Shown here in pieces: positions 1 to 14,200 of a DNA stretch of 64,000 nt (position 1 is its first letter; each line of letters starts with the position of its first letter). The position numbers and the translations under genes were made by a program. The notes under the pieces are model-generated. The model did no database searches. It was not told where the DNA came from and saw only the letters and a list, made by a program, of their open reading frames with translations. This stretch comes from Camelus ferus (lineage: Eukaryota): the NCBI RefSeq assembly GCF_009834535.1, contig NC_045697.1:5768001-5832000 (forward strand), read 5' to 3'.

Positions 1-1524
1 TATCGGGGACACAGAGGTGAGTAGACGCCGCCTCTGCTCTCCAAGTGCTGTCACAGAAATCCAGTTTCCCTCTCAAAAGGGCCGGCCAGTCTCTCCCACT
101 GGAGAAAGGTGGAAAGATCTCGGGCTTCCAAGCTGGAGCCCTGCTCAGCTCCGTGCCTCCCCACCGTGGGGCTGAGCACCCCGCTCCCTCAACCACGAAT
201 CAGGGGCCTCACTCCTTGATCTGCCCTCGCAGGCCTGCCACCCGGTGGGGACGAAGTGATGCCTACTCAGCGCTTAGCAGACTCAGAAGCACTGTCTACA
301 CTGCAGGAGGCACCATTTTTTTCTGGGTGGTGATCATACGTCTTAGCCTTTACTGAGCACTGACCGTGGGTCAGCCCTATCCTCGGTGTGCCATGTGCAT
401 TCTCCCTCGTGATTTTTTACCACATCCTATGAAGTGATGACTATGAGTGTCTCCAGTTTACAGACGAGGATACACAGGTGCACAGAGGTTCCCTGCAGGC
501 CGGTGCCAGCCCTTCCGTAACTGCAGTTATCGAAGCACTACACTGAACCCCCTAAAACCAAGTGGTTGATGGTTGGTAACGGCTTAATCCAGTGTCAGGG
601 GACCGGCAGGACCAGCCAGGGTACGAGCCACAGCCACAACCCTGGGGGTGGGAAGGAGGACTTGGATTCTACAGTAAGGGAGCGATTTTTTAGGCTATGA
701 GATTAAAAAAGAGGACTCACGCAGGTGCACTCTCCCCAGCGAGGAAGAATGGATGACCAACCCACGAGTTCCCAAACCGTTGAGGAGGCGGCACTTACCA
801 TAAGGCATCGGGAGGTTCGGGAAGGTGAGGCGTGCCTGCGGCTTATCCAAGTCGATCCGTGCGGAGACACCTGCCAGCCTCTTGGAAATGCTTAACAAGC
901 GCAGAGATGTTCATTGCTCCTGGAGCATCATTTCACCCATGGCTAACTCTGAGCGCAGGCCAGAGCTTCTAGCTGGACCCAATCTTGCTAATAAAACAGC
1001 GTCTCCCGGAGCCAGCCCGGCGGGAGCCCGGCTGCTGTCCCGGGTCGGCCCCGGTGACCCGGAAGCTTCCACTAAGCTCTGTGGGGCTCCTGTGTCAGCA
1101 GCAAACATCACCTAAGTGGCTTCTACTCACAAAGATGAAAAGCCACGGTCTGACCGACTAGCGAGCACCATGGAGGTGCAAGGACCAGGCTAAATGCAAC
1201 ACATTTAGTCTGGGCACTTACACCAATTGTTGTGTTGAGTTTTTCAACGCGCATTATTATCTCATGATGACATCACGAAGGAGACGACATTATCCTCATT
1301 TTACACCAAAGACAGTTTGGGTTCAGAAAGCTTGGGTGAACTTGCCCACGGTCATGCTGTTCACAAGAGGTAAATCTGGGATCTGAGCTGAGGGGTCCTC
1401 TGCATCCCACCCCCCACCCTCCAGTTCCAAAGGAGATCTCGGAGGGGCCCTGCTGCTGTAACGTCCTACCAGACAACGGGCCCATGAGTCAGAGGTACCT
1501 CTTGTGAGAAGTTCAAAAGCCTTG

Positions 1525-1963
1525 TGTGTTAGTTTCCTATGGCTGCTGTAACAAATTACCCCAAACTGAGTGGCTTAAAACAACAAATGTATTCTGTCAC
1601 CGTTCTGGAGACTAGAAGTCTGGAATCAAGGCGGCAGCTCCCTCCAAAGGCTCTCAGGGAGAACCCCTCCTTGCTCCTTCCAGCTTCTGGTGGTTCCAGG
1701 TTCCGTGGCGTGGCTGCACCATTCCTTTCTCTGCCTCCGCCTGCACTTGGCCTTCTCCTCTGTGTCTGTGTCTTTTCCTCTTCTGTCCCTTATAAGGATA
1801 CTGGTCACTGGACTCGTGGCCTACTCTAATGAGGATGATCTCATCTCGAGAGCAGTAACTTAATTACGTCTGCAAAGACCTTTTTTCCAAATAAGGTCCC
1901 ATTCACAGGTGCCATCTGTTGAGATGTGCAGATACCTTTTGGGGGTACCATTCAACCACTACA
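1525..1963 (-). mobile_element. MaLR (MLT1-type) solo LTR
   Basis: TGTGTTAGTTTCCTATGGCTGCTGTAACAAATTACC...CCAAATAAGGTC...ACTACA, the reverse of the MLT1 consensus. Confidence 0.85.
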
Positions 1964-2069
1964 CTTTGGGCAATGAGAAAGCATCCTTTCCTGCACCCCC
2001 TTGAGGAAGGAGTATGACCCTCCTGGCATCCTAGGGAGAATGAACATGATTGTGGAGGGACTTAGAGGG

Positions 2070-2436
2070 AAGAACCTTTATTCACTCACAGTTCTATGGG
2101 AGCAGAAGTCCAAAATCAAGATGTCCCCGAGGCCATGTTCCCCATGAGATCTCTGGGAAGGGTCCTTCCTTGCCCTTCCTAACCTCTGCTTGGCGGCAGA
2201 CCCTTGATGTTCCTTGGCTTATGTCTCTACCTCTGCTGTCACACGGCCTTCTCCCGTGTCTGTCTCTTCTTCTTAGGAGGACACCAGGCACGTTGGATGA
2301 GAGGCCACCGTAATGACCTCATCTTTACCTGACTACATCTGCAAAGACCCTACTTCCAAATAACATCGCACTCACAGGTTCTAGGGGGTAGCACTTTAAC
2401 ACATCTTTTGGGGGGACACAGTTCAACCGGTAACAC
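2070..2436 (-). mobile_element. MaLR (MLT1-type) LTR
   Basis: TTTATTCACTCACAGTTCT...GCAAAGACCCTACTTCCAAATAA...GGGGGACACAGTTCAACC. Confidence 0.8.
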
Positions 2437-2648
2437 TAGCTGGTACATCAAATGAACTTTCGTCCCCACCCCTCCTCCCGACTACCTGCTGGCCAAGAGT
2501 AGATTATCTGACTCAACCTCTGTCCCAACTTCCTTCTTATGTACTTCCCTTAGACAGCTTTAGACAGGATTTAGACGGCTTCAAAAAAAATCTATACTTA
2601 CCAGACCCGCTTCAGCTAGGGTTCTGGATGCAATTTACATTCCATCAG

Positions 2649-3046
2649 TGTTATGGGCTGAATTGGGGCCCCTCTAAAAATTCATATGTTCAAGTCTCAA
2701 TCCCCATTGTATCTCAAGATGTGATTGCATTTAGAGATTAGAGGTCATTGATGTTTAAAGAAGTAATTAAGGTAAATGAGGTCACAGGGGCGAGGCCCTA
2801 ATCCGATATGATAGTGTCCTTATGGAAGAGGTTTGGACACAGACACACACAGAAGGACAACCACGTGAGGACAGCAGGAGAGGGTGGTCACTTACAAGCC
2901 AAGGGGAGAGGCCTCAGAAGAAACCAACTCTGCCGACATGCTGACCTCGGACTTCTAGCCTCCAGAACTGTGAGACAGGAAATTTCTGTTATTTAAGCTG
3001 CCCAGTCCAGGGGTCCTTTGCTATGGCGGCCTGGGACATGAATACA
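2649..3046 (+). mobile_element. MaLR (MLT1-type) solo LTR
   Basis: TGTTATGGGCTGAATT...AATTCATATGTT...CTAGCCTCCAGAACTGTGAGA...AATACA. Confidence 0.85.
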
Positions 3047-3624
3047 ACCAGTCAGAGGCACCTGCACGAGTCTTGGACTTGGACCGAATTAAGTGGAGGG
3101 GCAGTGTGCTCCTGGAGCCTGCAGGTGGGACAAGGTCCTTCCATCACCGTCCTCCTGACTGGGGCTCCGTCGTGGTTTTCTCGATGACCCGGTTCAGTGG
3201 GGCTGCCCCTGAAGTCACTCTTTATCCTTCAGCTGTTCCAAGGCTGTGTGTGCATCTGAGTCCCTGCATTAAACAGCTCTCTGCCCACAGTGGCAGGAGT
3301 GATTTTTGTCCAGCACCTGAGTACTGTCTGATACACGGCTTGCCCCTCAGTCTTCGCCATGGAGGCTGATGCACAGCTGATACTTAGAAATCCCCAGTGA
3401 TTCCGCTCCTTCCCTCACTAGCCCTCCTCCAGCCTGTAGGCAAAGCTTGTCACTTCTACCGCCAAACACAGCCCCAGGCTGACCTCACCACACCGTCTCC
3501 ATGGCTACCCGCCAGTCTACCCATCACCGTCTTTGCCTGGTACCCTCCCTGCCTCTGCTCTTAGCCCCCTGTAGTCCATTCTCCAAACAGCAGCCAGAGG
3601 GCCTTCTTTTCTGTGATAGAGAGC

Positions 3625-5540
3625 ACACTTTTGTTGAGTATCTTTCCATGTATTTGCCATTCATATATTTTCCTTGGTGAAGTGTCTACTCAAGTTTTTG
3701 CTCATTTGAAAAACTGGGTTGCTTATTTTCTTCCTGTCACCTGAATATTGTTATTCTGAATACAGGCCATTTGCCAGATGTGTGATTTGCAAATATTTTC
3801 TACCAGTCTGTGGTTTTTCTTTTCATTTTCTTAAAAGTTTCTTTCAAAGAGTGAAAGTTTCTAATTTTGATAAAGTTTAATTCATAATTTTTTTCTTTTA
3901 TTGATAGTGTTTGATACCTAAAAATTCACTGTGAAACCTAAGATCACAAAGATTTTCCCCTATACTTTCTTCTAGCTATTTTATAGTTTTACATTTTACA
4001 CACATGCCTATGAACCATCCTGAGTTAATGTTTTTGTATAAGGTGTGAGGTAAAAGTTGAGGTTAATTTTTTTGTATATGAATGTACAATTGTTCCAATA
4101 ATCTGTTGAAAAGCTTATTATTTCTCTATTAAATTGCCTTTGTACTTATGTCGAAAATCAATTAAATATCTGATAAGTGACTTGTATTTAGAATATATAA
4201 AGAAGTCTTGCAACTCAGTTATAAAAAGACAAATAACCTAACTAAAAATGGGGGAAAGATCTAAATAGACATTTAGATCCGAAGGAGATATACAGTTGGC
4301 CAATAAGCACATGAAGAGATGCTGAGGATCATTAGTGACCAGGGAAATGCAAATTAAAACCACCCTGAGATGTCACCTCACATGTACCAGGATGGCTATA
4401 ACCAGTAACAAGTGGTTGGCCCAGATGTGGAGAAACTGGAGCTCTCACTCACTGCTGGTAGGGATGGAAAATGGTGCAGCCATTGTGGGAAACAGTCTGG
4501 CAGGTCCTCAAAATGTTAAACAGAGTTTCCATATGACTCAGCGATTCTATTCTGAGGTATATATATCCAAGAGAATAGCAAGGTAGATCCACACAAAAAC
4601 CTGTATATGAATGCTCATAGCAGCATTGTTCCTAATAACCCCAAAGTGTACACGGCACAAATGCCTATCAACCGATGAACCCATAAATAAAACAGCAAAT
4701 CCACACAACAGAATATTATTCACCAGTAAGAAGGAACAAAGTACTAACCCATGCCACAGCGTGCGTGAACCTTGAAAACTATGCTGAGGAAAGAAGGCCA
4801 GTCACAAAAGACCACCTAGTGTATGATTCATTTATATGAAATGCCTAGAATTGGCAAATCTATAGAGATTTGTAGATTAGTGGTTGCTTAAAGCTTAGTT
4901 GGGGACAGGATGATGGCTAAAGAGTATAGAACTTCTATTTGAGGTAATGAAAATGTTCTAAAACTTACTGTGGTCATGGTTGCACAACTCTGTGAATATA
5001 CTAAAACCATAGAATTTTATGCTTTAAATGGATGAATTGTACAGTATGGGCAGTATACCTCAATAAGGCTTTCACCAAAAATAAAAATTAATAGACCATA
5101 TATTTTTGAATCTACTTCTCAACTCTATTCTGTGCCACTGAACAGAATCTTTTCACCAGCAACGCAATATTTTGATTACTGTACCTTTTTTTAAGTCTTG
5201 AAGTCAGGCAGCACCACCCCCAGATTTGTTCTTCTATTTCAAAGTTGTTTTGGCTATTTTAGTTCCTTTGCCTTTCCATAGAAATTTTAAATCAGCTTGC
5301 TAATAACTACAAAAACTCCTGCTCAGATGATGACTGGGATACAGTATATATCAGTTTGGAGGGAACTGACATTTTAACACTATTGACTCTTCTAATCCAT
5401 GAATATAGTATATTTCTCCATCTATTCAGATATACATTTTAGTTTCTTTCACCAGTGTTTTGTACTTTTTACATACAGGTCATGCACATGTATTGTTATA
5501 TTAATACCTAAGTATTTATTTTGCAGGAAAGTAATTACAA
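3625..5540. mobile_element. Old minus-strand L1 interrupted by a plus-strand L1M 3' fragment (about 4166-5090)
   Basis: Degenerate ORF2 C-terminal residues (REMQIKTTLRCHLT...; ORF 4335..4586) and L1 3'UTR on +, flanked by contiguous minus-strand L1 sequence. Confidence 0.8.
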
Positions 5541-6034
5541 ATGGGACCTCAGTAGGTGCATACATCACCCTGCATGCCTCCCCCCAGGGGAGCTCCTCTG
5601 TCCCCTACCAGCCACCTTCCCCCTCCTTGCCTCATCTCTTCAGGCACCCCCCCTCCAGCCCCCAGCATTCCCATTCTCTGCCACATGATCTCCTACACAA
5701 CCCTCAGAGCCCAGAATGACTGCCACTCCACCCCAAGCTATTGGCCTGACAGCCCCGTTGTTGAGTCATCTCTCCAGGCCCTAGGAATGTGTCCCTGTGT
5801 TTGCTGCTCACTCACTGCACGCCAGATGCTCTTCTAAGTAGCTCTTAGATCACCACTTTGACTCCAGTGAAGCTGCCAACATCCAATTATTTCTGACTTG
5901 CAAAAATGGCAATTTAATATGATTCAACCTAAATACTTTGGTTAATCCTTTAAAAGCTGTATAAATTAGGTGCTATTTACAAGTGAGGAAACTGACACTT
6001 AGAAGGCTGAGAAACTTGTACCTATCCCAAAGCT

Positions 6035-6483
6035 CACATATTAATTTCCTGAGGCTGCTGGAACAAACACAGCAAACCAGGTGCTTTAACACAACAGAAT
6101 TTATTCTCACTGTTCTGGGGGCCAGAAGTCCCCCAGAAGTCAGGGTTTGGGTAGGGCTGTGCTCCCTCTGAAGGCCTTAGGAGAGGGTTCTTCCTACTTC
6201 CTCTGGCTTTGGGAGTGTCAGCAGTCCTTGGCTCCCTCAGCTTGGACTGCATCCCTCCCATCTCTGCTTCAGCCCCACACCTTTTCTTCTGTCTCAAATC
6301 TCCCTCCTGCAAGGACCCTTGTTGTTGGACTTAGGGTCCACCTGGATAATACAGGATTATTCCGTCTGGAGAGCGTTAACCTAATCACATCTGCAAAGAG
6401 CCCTTTGCCAAATACGGCAGCAGGCAGAGGGTCCAGCGACTGGGACGTGGACACCTTTCTTTGGGGCCGCCATTCAGCCCATG
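6035..6483 (-). mobile_element. MaLR (MLT1-type) LTR
   Basis: AATTTCCTGAGGCTGCTGGAACAAA...AACAACAGAATTTATTCTCACTGTTCTGG...AATCACATCTGCAAAG. Confidence 0.8.
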
Positions 6484-7579
6484 GGATGCTCATCGGGTGT
6501 GGGACACCTGGTCCCACGCTTCCAGCCGCGGCCCCGGTGCTGGGTTAGAACTCGCTCTGGTACCACTTCCCCACCCAGCTTCCGCTGTGCTCATGGGACA
6601 CCTGCCCAGCCCCCATGTGGGGCTCAGCTGTGGTCCCAGACCCAGGCCCTGAATAACCCAGTAGCCTCTCCCTCGCTCTCCTGAGTGTTTCTCCCACAGG
6701 TCCCATCGCGGGGCCCCAGGCACTTGTGAGGTATTTCTTACTCCTCTCATTTTTCAGCATAAAACAAGCCAAAGGAGAAACATTCACTGCTTCTTGTCAA
6801 AGGGTTCTACAAACCACGCGCGGGAGGGTCCACGTTGACAAGTGCATGTCTCTTGGAGGCACAGGTTTGATCAGCAAGCATTTCTCAGGCACAGTTGGGT
6901 GTGAGGACATGAGAAGGAGGCCACTGAATCCTGACGTGGGGCCCTCACTTATGAGGGGGGTGCGCGGCTCCCCAGAGAACCATAATCAGAGGCAGAGGCA
7001 GCCTGCTCAGATGAGAGAATGGAAGTTCTGAGGCGGCGAACCATTTCTAGAGAAAGGGCCAACACTCCATCTCCTTCCTAACCTCACTGAACCCCCTCGG
7101 TGCTCCTCTGTGGAAAGCATTCTGTATTATCCCCACTTTTAGGAAGAAGAAAGTTGTCCCAGAGAGGGTAGGTAACTTGGCCAAGGTCACACAGCAGCAA
7201 GCAGCAAAAGTATGTCTTGAACCCAAATCCCTTTGATTCTCTTCTCTTTGTTGTGGAGAATAGAACAGGAGTGGACAGAGGTCTGGAAAAACTGTTGTGG
7301 AGAAGTGACAGCTGTTCAGGGCCTGATGGTTCAGACTGCTCGGATGTGCGAGCTGGGCTGCAGCCCGCACTAGGAGGTACAGGTGTAGTAGAAGGAACAT
7401 GAGACATTTGGACGCAGACACAAGCTCTGCCTCTCGCTGTGTCAGCCAGATTCCTTAAGCACTGTAAGTCTTAGTTTCCCTATAGATTAAATGAAGACCC
7501 TAATTCCTATTTCTGACAGTTTTCCCAATGAGGAAATTCACCTGGCGCTTCTTGGTCCGCCGTGACATGTAATCACTAC

Positions 7580-8130
7580 TCAGCCAATGCTTATGGGCCT
7601 TGACTATGGGCTGGTGCCAATGCTGGGCTCTGGAGATTCTAGATGAAGAGGTGAGAGTCCCTGCACTTCAGGAATTCACAGCCTGGAGGAGGAGACAGGA
7701 TGCCAGATGACTCATTACAGTGCAAGCAGGTGAGAGCTGGGATGGGGGTAGGGAGCAGAAGAGATTATGGGAGCAGAGGAGGGAAACTTCAGCTCATTTG
7801 GGGACAAGTCCTCTGAAAGGTTCACAGAGAAGGTGGTAACTGAGCTGGGTTTTGAAGGGTGTGTAGGAGTTCACTAGGAGGAAACTAAAAAGAAGTAGAT
7901 TAGGGGCAGAGGGAAGAGTATGGGCAAAGGCACCGAGGAATGAAAGAGTATGGCTTATGGTTGGGGGTGGGTGGTGAGGCTGGGAAGACAGGTGATCTGA
8001 CTGGGAAGCACCTGGCCTTCCAACTGGGGCTTGGATTTGTCCTTTGTTGGTGGGGAGCTATTGAATGGTTTGTGGCATGGGAGTGACTCGACTGGATTTG
8101 TGTTTTGGAAAATCACTCTGCCTGCAGGGT
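7580..8130 (+). mobile_element. L2 LINE fragment
   Basis: Typical L2 motifs (CTGAGCTGGGTTTTGAAGG...GCAGAGGGAAGAG...TTTTGGAAAATCACTCTG). Confidence 0.6.
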
Positions 8131-9204
8131 GAAGGATGGAGGAAAGACCAGTGGGGAGGTAGCAACCAGGGTGGCCACGGTACTAGCCCGAAATTCTTCA
8201 AAACCTCCTGTCCCACCACGTGCTTCTTGTCTTGGGGGGGCAATTTCTAGGCTGTGACCCCCATCCCTCCCCCAGGTCCCACCTCTGTCCCAGACAGTCC
8301 CCTTGCCACCTTGGGTGGGTGTAGGCTCCCTAGTGATGTTCATCATCACAGGCACCTCAAGTCTTTTCTTTCTGCACCATTTTGGACACATTTGCGGTCC
8401 CACTGGATATACAATTGTGTATCCCTTTTCACTTAGCACAGCATTCTTCCAAGTTCATACAGACTCCATAAACATTTTTCTCTCAAGCTGATATGCCATT
8501 GTTTACTCAATCAATGCCCTGTGGTTAGACATTGAAGCTATTTCCAGTTTATTTTTTACCATGATTTTTAAAAACACTGTAATAACATCTCTGTAAAGAA
8601 AATCTGACCACATCTGTTTCCTTAGGAGAGATGTTTAGCAGTGGGATCACTGCACGGAGCGGCACGGGTCTTTTGGCAGCTCTTGGGGAACACTATCGCA
8701 TCACTTTCCGAAGGGGGCCACGAGCACTGCATGGCAGTGACTGTTTCAACACATCATTGCCAGCATTGACGATTACCGTAAAACAACAACAACAACAACT
8801 TTCACTAATTTGAAGGACAAGAAATGGTGTCCTGTGCCCATGGGTATTTGTTTGACCACCAGGGGGATGAACACATTTCCAGGCTTGTTCGCTAGTGACG
8901 TTTCCTCCTGTAGTGACATTTCTCCCTGTGTCGCCTGTTCATGCCCTTTGCTTCTGACCTCTTACAAGTACAGCAGCAGCCCGCAGCCCCCAACCACCGG
9001 CGAGGGGAAAAGGCCTGGAGGAGAAATTCTAGAAAGGAAAACAAACCCAAACGGAGCAAAAGCCTGTTTTGTCTGGGTGGCGTTGCATAGCCGGCCCCCT
9101 ACGTGACAGAGCTCTGGGTACTGCGGGGACTGCCAGCAGCTCCGCCAGCCTCCTGTCTTCCTGTTTTGTGCTACAGCCTGTGGCCAAGAGCAGATGGCGG
9201 GCTT

Positions 9205-9620
9205 GTACGGGATTGCGTAGCATCCCCCCAAATTCCCATCTACCCGGATCCTCAGAATATGACCTTATTGGAAACAGGGGCTTGGCGATGCCGTGAGTTA
9301 GGCTGAGACGATGCCGAGTAGGGTGTCTCTAAGCCAACACGACCGGTATCCTTATAGGAAGAGGAGCGAGACACAGAGATGGACGCGGAGGAGAGGCCAT
9401 GTGACGGCGGAGGCAGGGCTTAGGGCGATGAGCCAAAGCCAAGGAGCCCCTGGAGGCTGGAGGAGATCAGAAAGGTCCCTCTCCTGGAGCCATCAGAGCC
9501 TGGCACTGAGACTCCTTGACCTGGGACTTCTGGCCCCCGGGACTGGAAGGGAATAGATTTCTGTTGTTTCAAGCCCGCGGTTGGTGGTAATTTGTCCCAG
9601 CAGCCGCAGGAAAGCAGCCC
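9205..9620 (+). mobile_element. MaLR (MLT1-type) LTR
   Basis: CCTCAGAATATGACCTTATTGGAAACAGGG...TTTCTGTTGTTTCAAGCC...TAATTTGT. Confidence 0.75.
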
Positions 9621-10754
9621 AGGGCCTCCGGCTGGGCAGGCACAGCTGGCAGGATGGCAGGTGGCCGTGGGCCAGGTCACTGGGCAGCACCAGCTCTGTG
9701 CTCTGCTCAGAGGCCATGCCCCGCTGGACGGCTGGGGAGAGCCTGGCGTGGACGTCAGGGAGCTGGGGCTCAGTCCCAGCCCTGCCACTTGGAGCTGGCT
9801 GACCTGGGCCGGTTACATAGCCGCCCCGTGCCTCAGTTTCCTCTCCTGTAAATCGAGGACACTAACAAGTCCACCGCAGGGCTGTTGTCGGGATCAGCGG
9901 CTACGATAAACCAACAGCAGCCTGACACACGTGGTTGCCCGGGAAATGTCATCCTCCTTTCTGGTCCTCCCTGAGCTGTTGCTGCACCAGAATCTCATTG
10001 AACCAGCCCCCCCAGGGAGCTGCCTGCAGGGCAAAGTGTGAGAAGCTCTATTGAAACGCAGTTTTTCCCAAACTTTCACCCTGGAAATGGGCTGTGACTG
10101 CCCGTTCCCAGACCCCCATCCTGGACTAGGGGATTCCCACTCAGGGGTAGGGGCTGCGGGGCTGGGAACCACCTAGGGACCCACCTTCCCTGGTGATGGG
10201 GGCGGCTCCCACCTGAGCAGGTGGGGCTCTCCTGCAGGGGGTGCTGGGTAGCCCAACTCAGGCCCGGAGAACCGGGGTGGGGCTGCAGAGCTCAAATGAG
10301 GGGACAGATGGCACAATGCCTAGCACCCGATCAAAGTGGGTCAGGAGTGTTCTAGAGAGAACTCTTAAATGAATGGATGAGTAAAGAATGAACAAATGAA
10401 CAGGTACCAGACTGGAAAAAGCAGGAAGTCACTCAGGATTCTTGCAGGAGTGTTCCAGAACCTAGGGACAAGCCTGCACTGTGTCCCCCGCCTGGATCTC
10501 ATACCTGAATTTAGCTAACACGTACATGAGGGCCTAACGCACGCACGCATGCACGCACGCCCAGGGGCTCAGTCCTGAGGAGCCCTGACCTCTCTCTCGT
10601 CTCATTCGAGCTCCCTGCTCTGCCCACCCCCTGCGGGGGTCACATCCTGCCCCGCCATATCACCTTCCTAGCATTTACTGTTCTCTGAAGATACCTGGGT
10701 AATTGCGTACTTGTCTCCTTCCACTGAAACACAACCCCTGGGAGATCCGTGTCC

Positions 10755-11030
10755 TGGTCACAAGGCGGGGTCTGCGGCGTCTGACAGCTTCAAATTTCTC
10801 TTTGCTTCTGTCACGGCATCACCTCCTTCTTTTATGTCAAAGCTCCCTCTGCCTCCTTCTCCTAAAGGCCCTTGTGATGACAGAGAGGGCCGAGCCAGAT
10901 AATCCAGGATGACCTCCGCTTCTCAAGATCTTTAACTGAACCACACCTGCAACGTCCCTTCTGCTGTAGAAGGCGGCATTTGCTGGTCCAGGGACGAGGA
11001 CCTGGAGGGCTTGGGGCGCTGCTGAGCCGA
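10755..11030 (-). mobile_element. MaLR (MLT1-type) LTR fragment
   Basis: CTCCCTCTGCCTCCTTCTCCTAAAGGCCCTTGTGAT...GATAATCCAGGATGACCTC...TCTCAAGATCTTTAAC. Confidence 0.7.
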
Positions 11031-13439
11031 CCACAGGGCCTCCAGGCAGCGCCCATCTGTGCAGGGCCGGGGAGGAGGTACCTGCTGGGAGCCGGGGCTG
11101 GAGGGGCTGCTGTCAGCAGCATGGGCTCCAGTAACTTGGGTAGTGGGGGTGGGCAGGTTCCAAAGAAGCCACACAAGTGGGCACAGGATGCCGCAGGCCT
11201 GTGTCTGCCATGGCCCAGGGCACGCACAGCTGAGAGCGCACCCCAGCCCCGCCAGCTGCAGAAGACCGTCCTGCCATCTCTGCGGCACGCCCGACACCCA
11301 TGCTGGGGCAGCCAGACACGGCCCCCTGGGGTGCCTGGCCGAGCCTGTAAAGGGTGAGAGGAGCAGTGGGGAAGTTGGGGGGCGTGGCTCCACATCCAGA
11401 ACCAGGACGGCGGAACCTGTAAATTAGATGTCAGATTGAAGCCTTGAGAGCCGGCGGGACTGGCTGGGTAATGGTATTCTGAGCAGCCTCTGAGAGCCAC
11501 TGGGGAAGCTGTGGGACCTGCCAAGATCACTTCCGGGGCCAGGAGGAAAGGGGCAGACACGAGAAAGCAGACACTCGCTCCCACTGCCCTTCACCGGGGC
11601 CTCTTGTTCAGTAAACTAGTTGCCTCATAGGCAACTGTCCCCTGCGCAGGGGTGGGGAGGGTTCACCGCAGGAGCTGAATGGTGGGGTAGCAGCTGAGGG
11701 GAGGCAGAGAAGAGGGGAGGGAGGCGGGCATGCCTGGGCAGGAGGGACCTGTGGGATGGTGACAGTAAGGCCCTATGGGGGTACGGACAGTCCGTGATGG
11801 TCTGTGGGCTCTGTGTGTGTGTGGGGGGGGTCTATGAGCAGTCCGTGGGTGGCCCACGAGCAGTTGGGAACTGCAGGGACTGTCTGCCTGGAGGGAGTAG
11901 GGTTGTGGAGCTGGGGGGTCCACGTGGGCGTAGTGGGGTCCGAGTGACAGAGCTCCAGCTCAGCCACATGCTACCACCTTGGACTTTAGGGAGGATGTGG
12001 GGACACCCTGTGGGCACCCTGAACTTCCTCTGATCCCCCATCCATACCCGAGACCAACTGAGAGGCTGGGGAGCTGTTTTGAGACCTGAGCGTGGTCCTG
12101 GCCACCACCACGGACTCAAGGAAGGGCCCCAAGTCTCTGGCCGGCCCCAGGCCACCCTTCCTCCCCGCAAGCCCCACAAGAGCCAGGCTGATGGGGGGAA
12201 GCTGGTCCCTGTGGGCACAGCTGGCTTGGAGTCCAGCTTCCCTTGAGTTTCTTTGTACAGGTGGGAGGCCTGTTTGGAAAGCTCGGGTTGCATCCCTGTG
12301 TCCTCTGAGGGACTCACAGGAAGGGCCAGGAGGCCACTGGAGGGCCCCATTCAACGGCACGCTGAGGGGGCTTCTGGCTGCAACTGGCAGAGGTTGGGAC
12401 TCAGTCTTTGCATTCAGGGAAATTGAGTCCCAGAGCCTCATGGCAACCAAGGTGGGAAAAGCAGCATGGGAAACAGAAAGAAAGGGGTCCTGGAAGAGGT
12501 GGCGTTGGAGCAGGCCTGCCATCCACTCCTCTGGCTTTGTAAGCAGTCAGTTCCTTGTCTTTTCTGCTTGAAATGGCTAGAGAGGTTTCTGATGTCCTGA
12601 CGGAACTGCCCAGGGCCTCACACGTCACACGGCTCTTATGATCAATGGTTCTCTGCCCTCCTGCCCCTTGTACCTGCTTTGCAGTTGTGACCTTCAAGGT
12701 GACCACTCACCTGTGTGTCCATCACACCCACTTCAGATCCCACCCTCTCTCAGCCTCCCCAGACCACCGTGGTGCCTAGTGCCTGCTCCCTCTGCCAACT
12801 CATTCATTCATTCACTCATTCATTCATTGACTGAGTGTTTACTGAAGGTCTGCTCTGTAGAAACCCCCTCAGCCTTTTGTGTTCTGCAAAGACGGCTCAC
12901 TACAAAGCATCAACCTTCCCCACGGGACTCAGATACACCTCACAGATGCTCCCCGTTTACCCATGATAAGGCCAGAGGCATTCCTTCCAAATTCCCATCC
13001 TTTGCTCATGAAAGATGAGCTGAACTGTTAGTCCTCACTGACCGACCTGGGTGTGACTGTTCATCCGGCTTGACCAGACCTTAGTCAGGCTTTCCCCCTG
13101 CCCTCAGGCTCCTGAACACTGGCTGCCCTGGGCCTGGGCCAGCATATGACGCCTCCTAACAGCCTCACAGGGACACTTGCAGGAAAGACATCCTCTGATC
13201 CACTGTCCATCACTCCACCTCCACCCCGTCCACTGGGCTCTTCCCAGCTGCGCTGGTGCCTCCCTGTAGAGGAAGGGCCCTTCCCTGCCTGGCCCTGGGG
13301 GACTTGCCTGGCTCGTGGTCCCAGCCTTTTCCCTAATGTGATCGTCCCTCCCCGCTCTTGCAAAGATCCTGTCCAAAAAAGTCTCTCCTTACCTAAGTCC
13401 AGATTGGTTTCCTTGTTTTTTAGATGTACTTGTCTTACT

Positions 13440-14200
13440 TTTTTTAAATTGTGGTAAAAACACATAACAGAAAACTTACCATCTTAGCCATTTTTAAGTG
13501 CATAGTTCAGTTGTGTTAAGTACACTCACATTGTACAAACCCGCCCGCCTCTGGAAACTGCAAAACTGAAACTCTGTCCTCAGTAAGCAACTCCCCATCA
13601 TCTCCCCCGCTCCTGAGCCCCTGATAACCACCATTCTGCTTTCTGTCTCTCTGAACTGGTCCCCTGTAAATTATTAGTGGAAGCCGACAGTATTTGTCCT
13701 TTTGTGCTGGCTGACTTCCCTCAGCATAATGCCCTTAGCATCCGTTCTGGTGGTAGCAGGTGTCAGAATTCCCTTCCTTTTTAGGGCTGAATAATATTCC
13801 ATTGTGTAGTGAGATCTAGACCACATTTTGTTCATTCATTTGTCTGTTGATGGACAATTGGGCTGTTTCCACCACTGACTCCTGTGAGTGATGCTGCTGT
13901 GAACATGGATGGGCAGATGTCTCTTCTACTCTCAATTCTTTGGCTATATACCCACACATGGGTTTGCTGGGTTAATTTTTAATTTTTTTAAAAAGTTAAC
14001 TTAAAATTCTTAATTTAAATTAATTTTTAAAATTTTAAATTAAAAAAAATTTTGCAGAGCCTCTGTGCTGTTTTCCATAGGTTGCCCCATTTTACATTCC
14101 CACCCACATTGCACAAGGGTTTCAATTTCTTCACATCCTTACCGACATTTGTTATTTTCATTCTTTTTTTTTTTCTTAGTAACCATCCTAATGGGTGTAA
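13440..14200 (-). mobile_element. L1M 3' end fragment
   Basis: TTGTGGTAAAAACACATAAC...TTTTTAAGTGCATAGTTCAG...GCTGAATAATATTCCATTGT...CCATCCTAATGGGTGT. Confidence 0.8.

Noticed and set aside
10862..12571. Overlapping 120-240 aa ORFs on both strands
   Set aside because: GC-rich intergenic DNA partly made of MLT1 sequence; no recognisable domain or exon structure.
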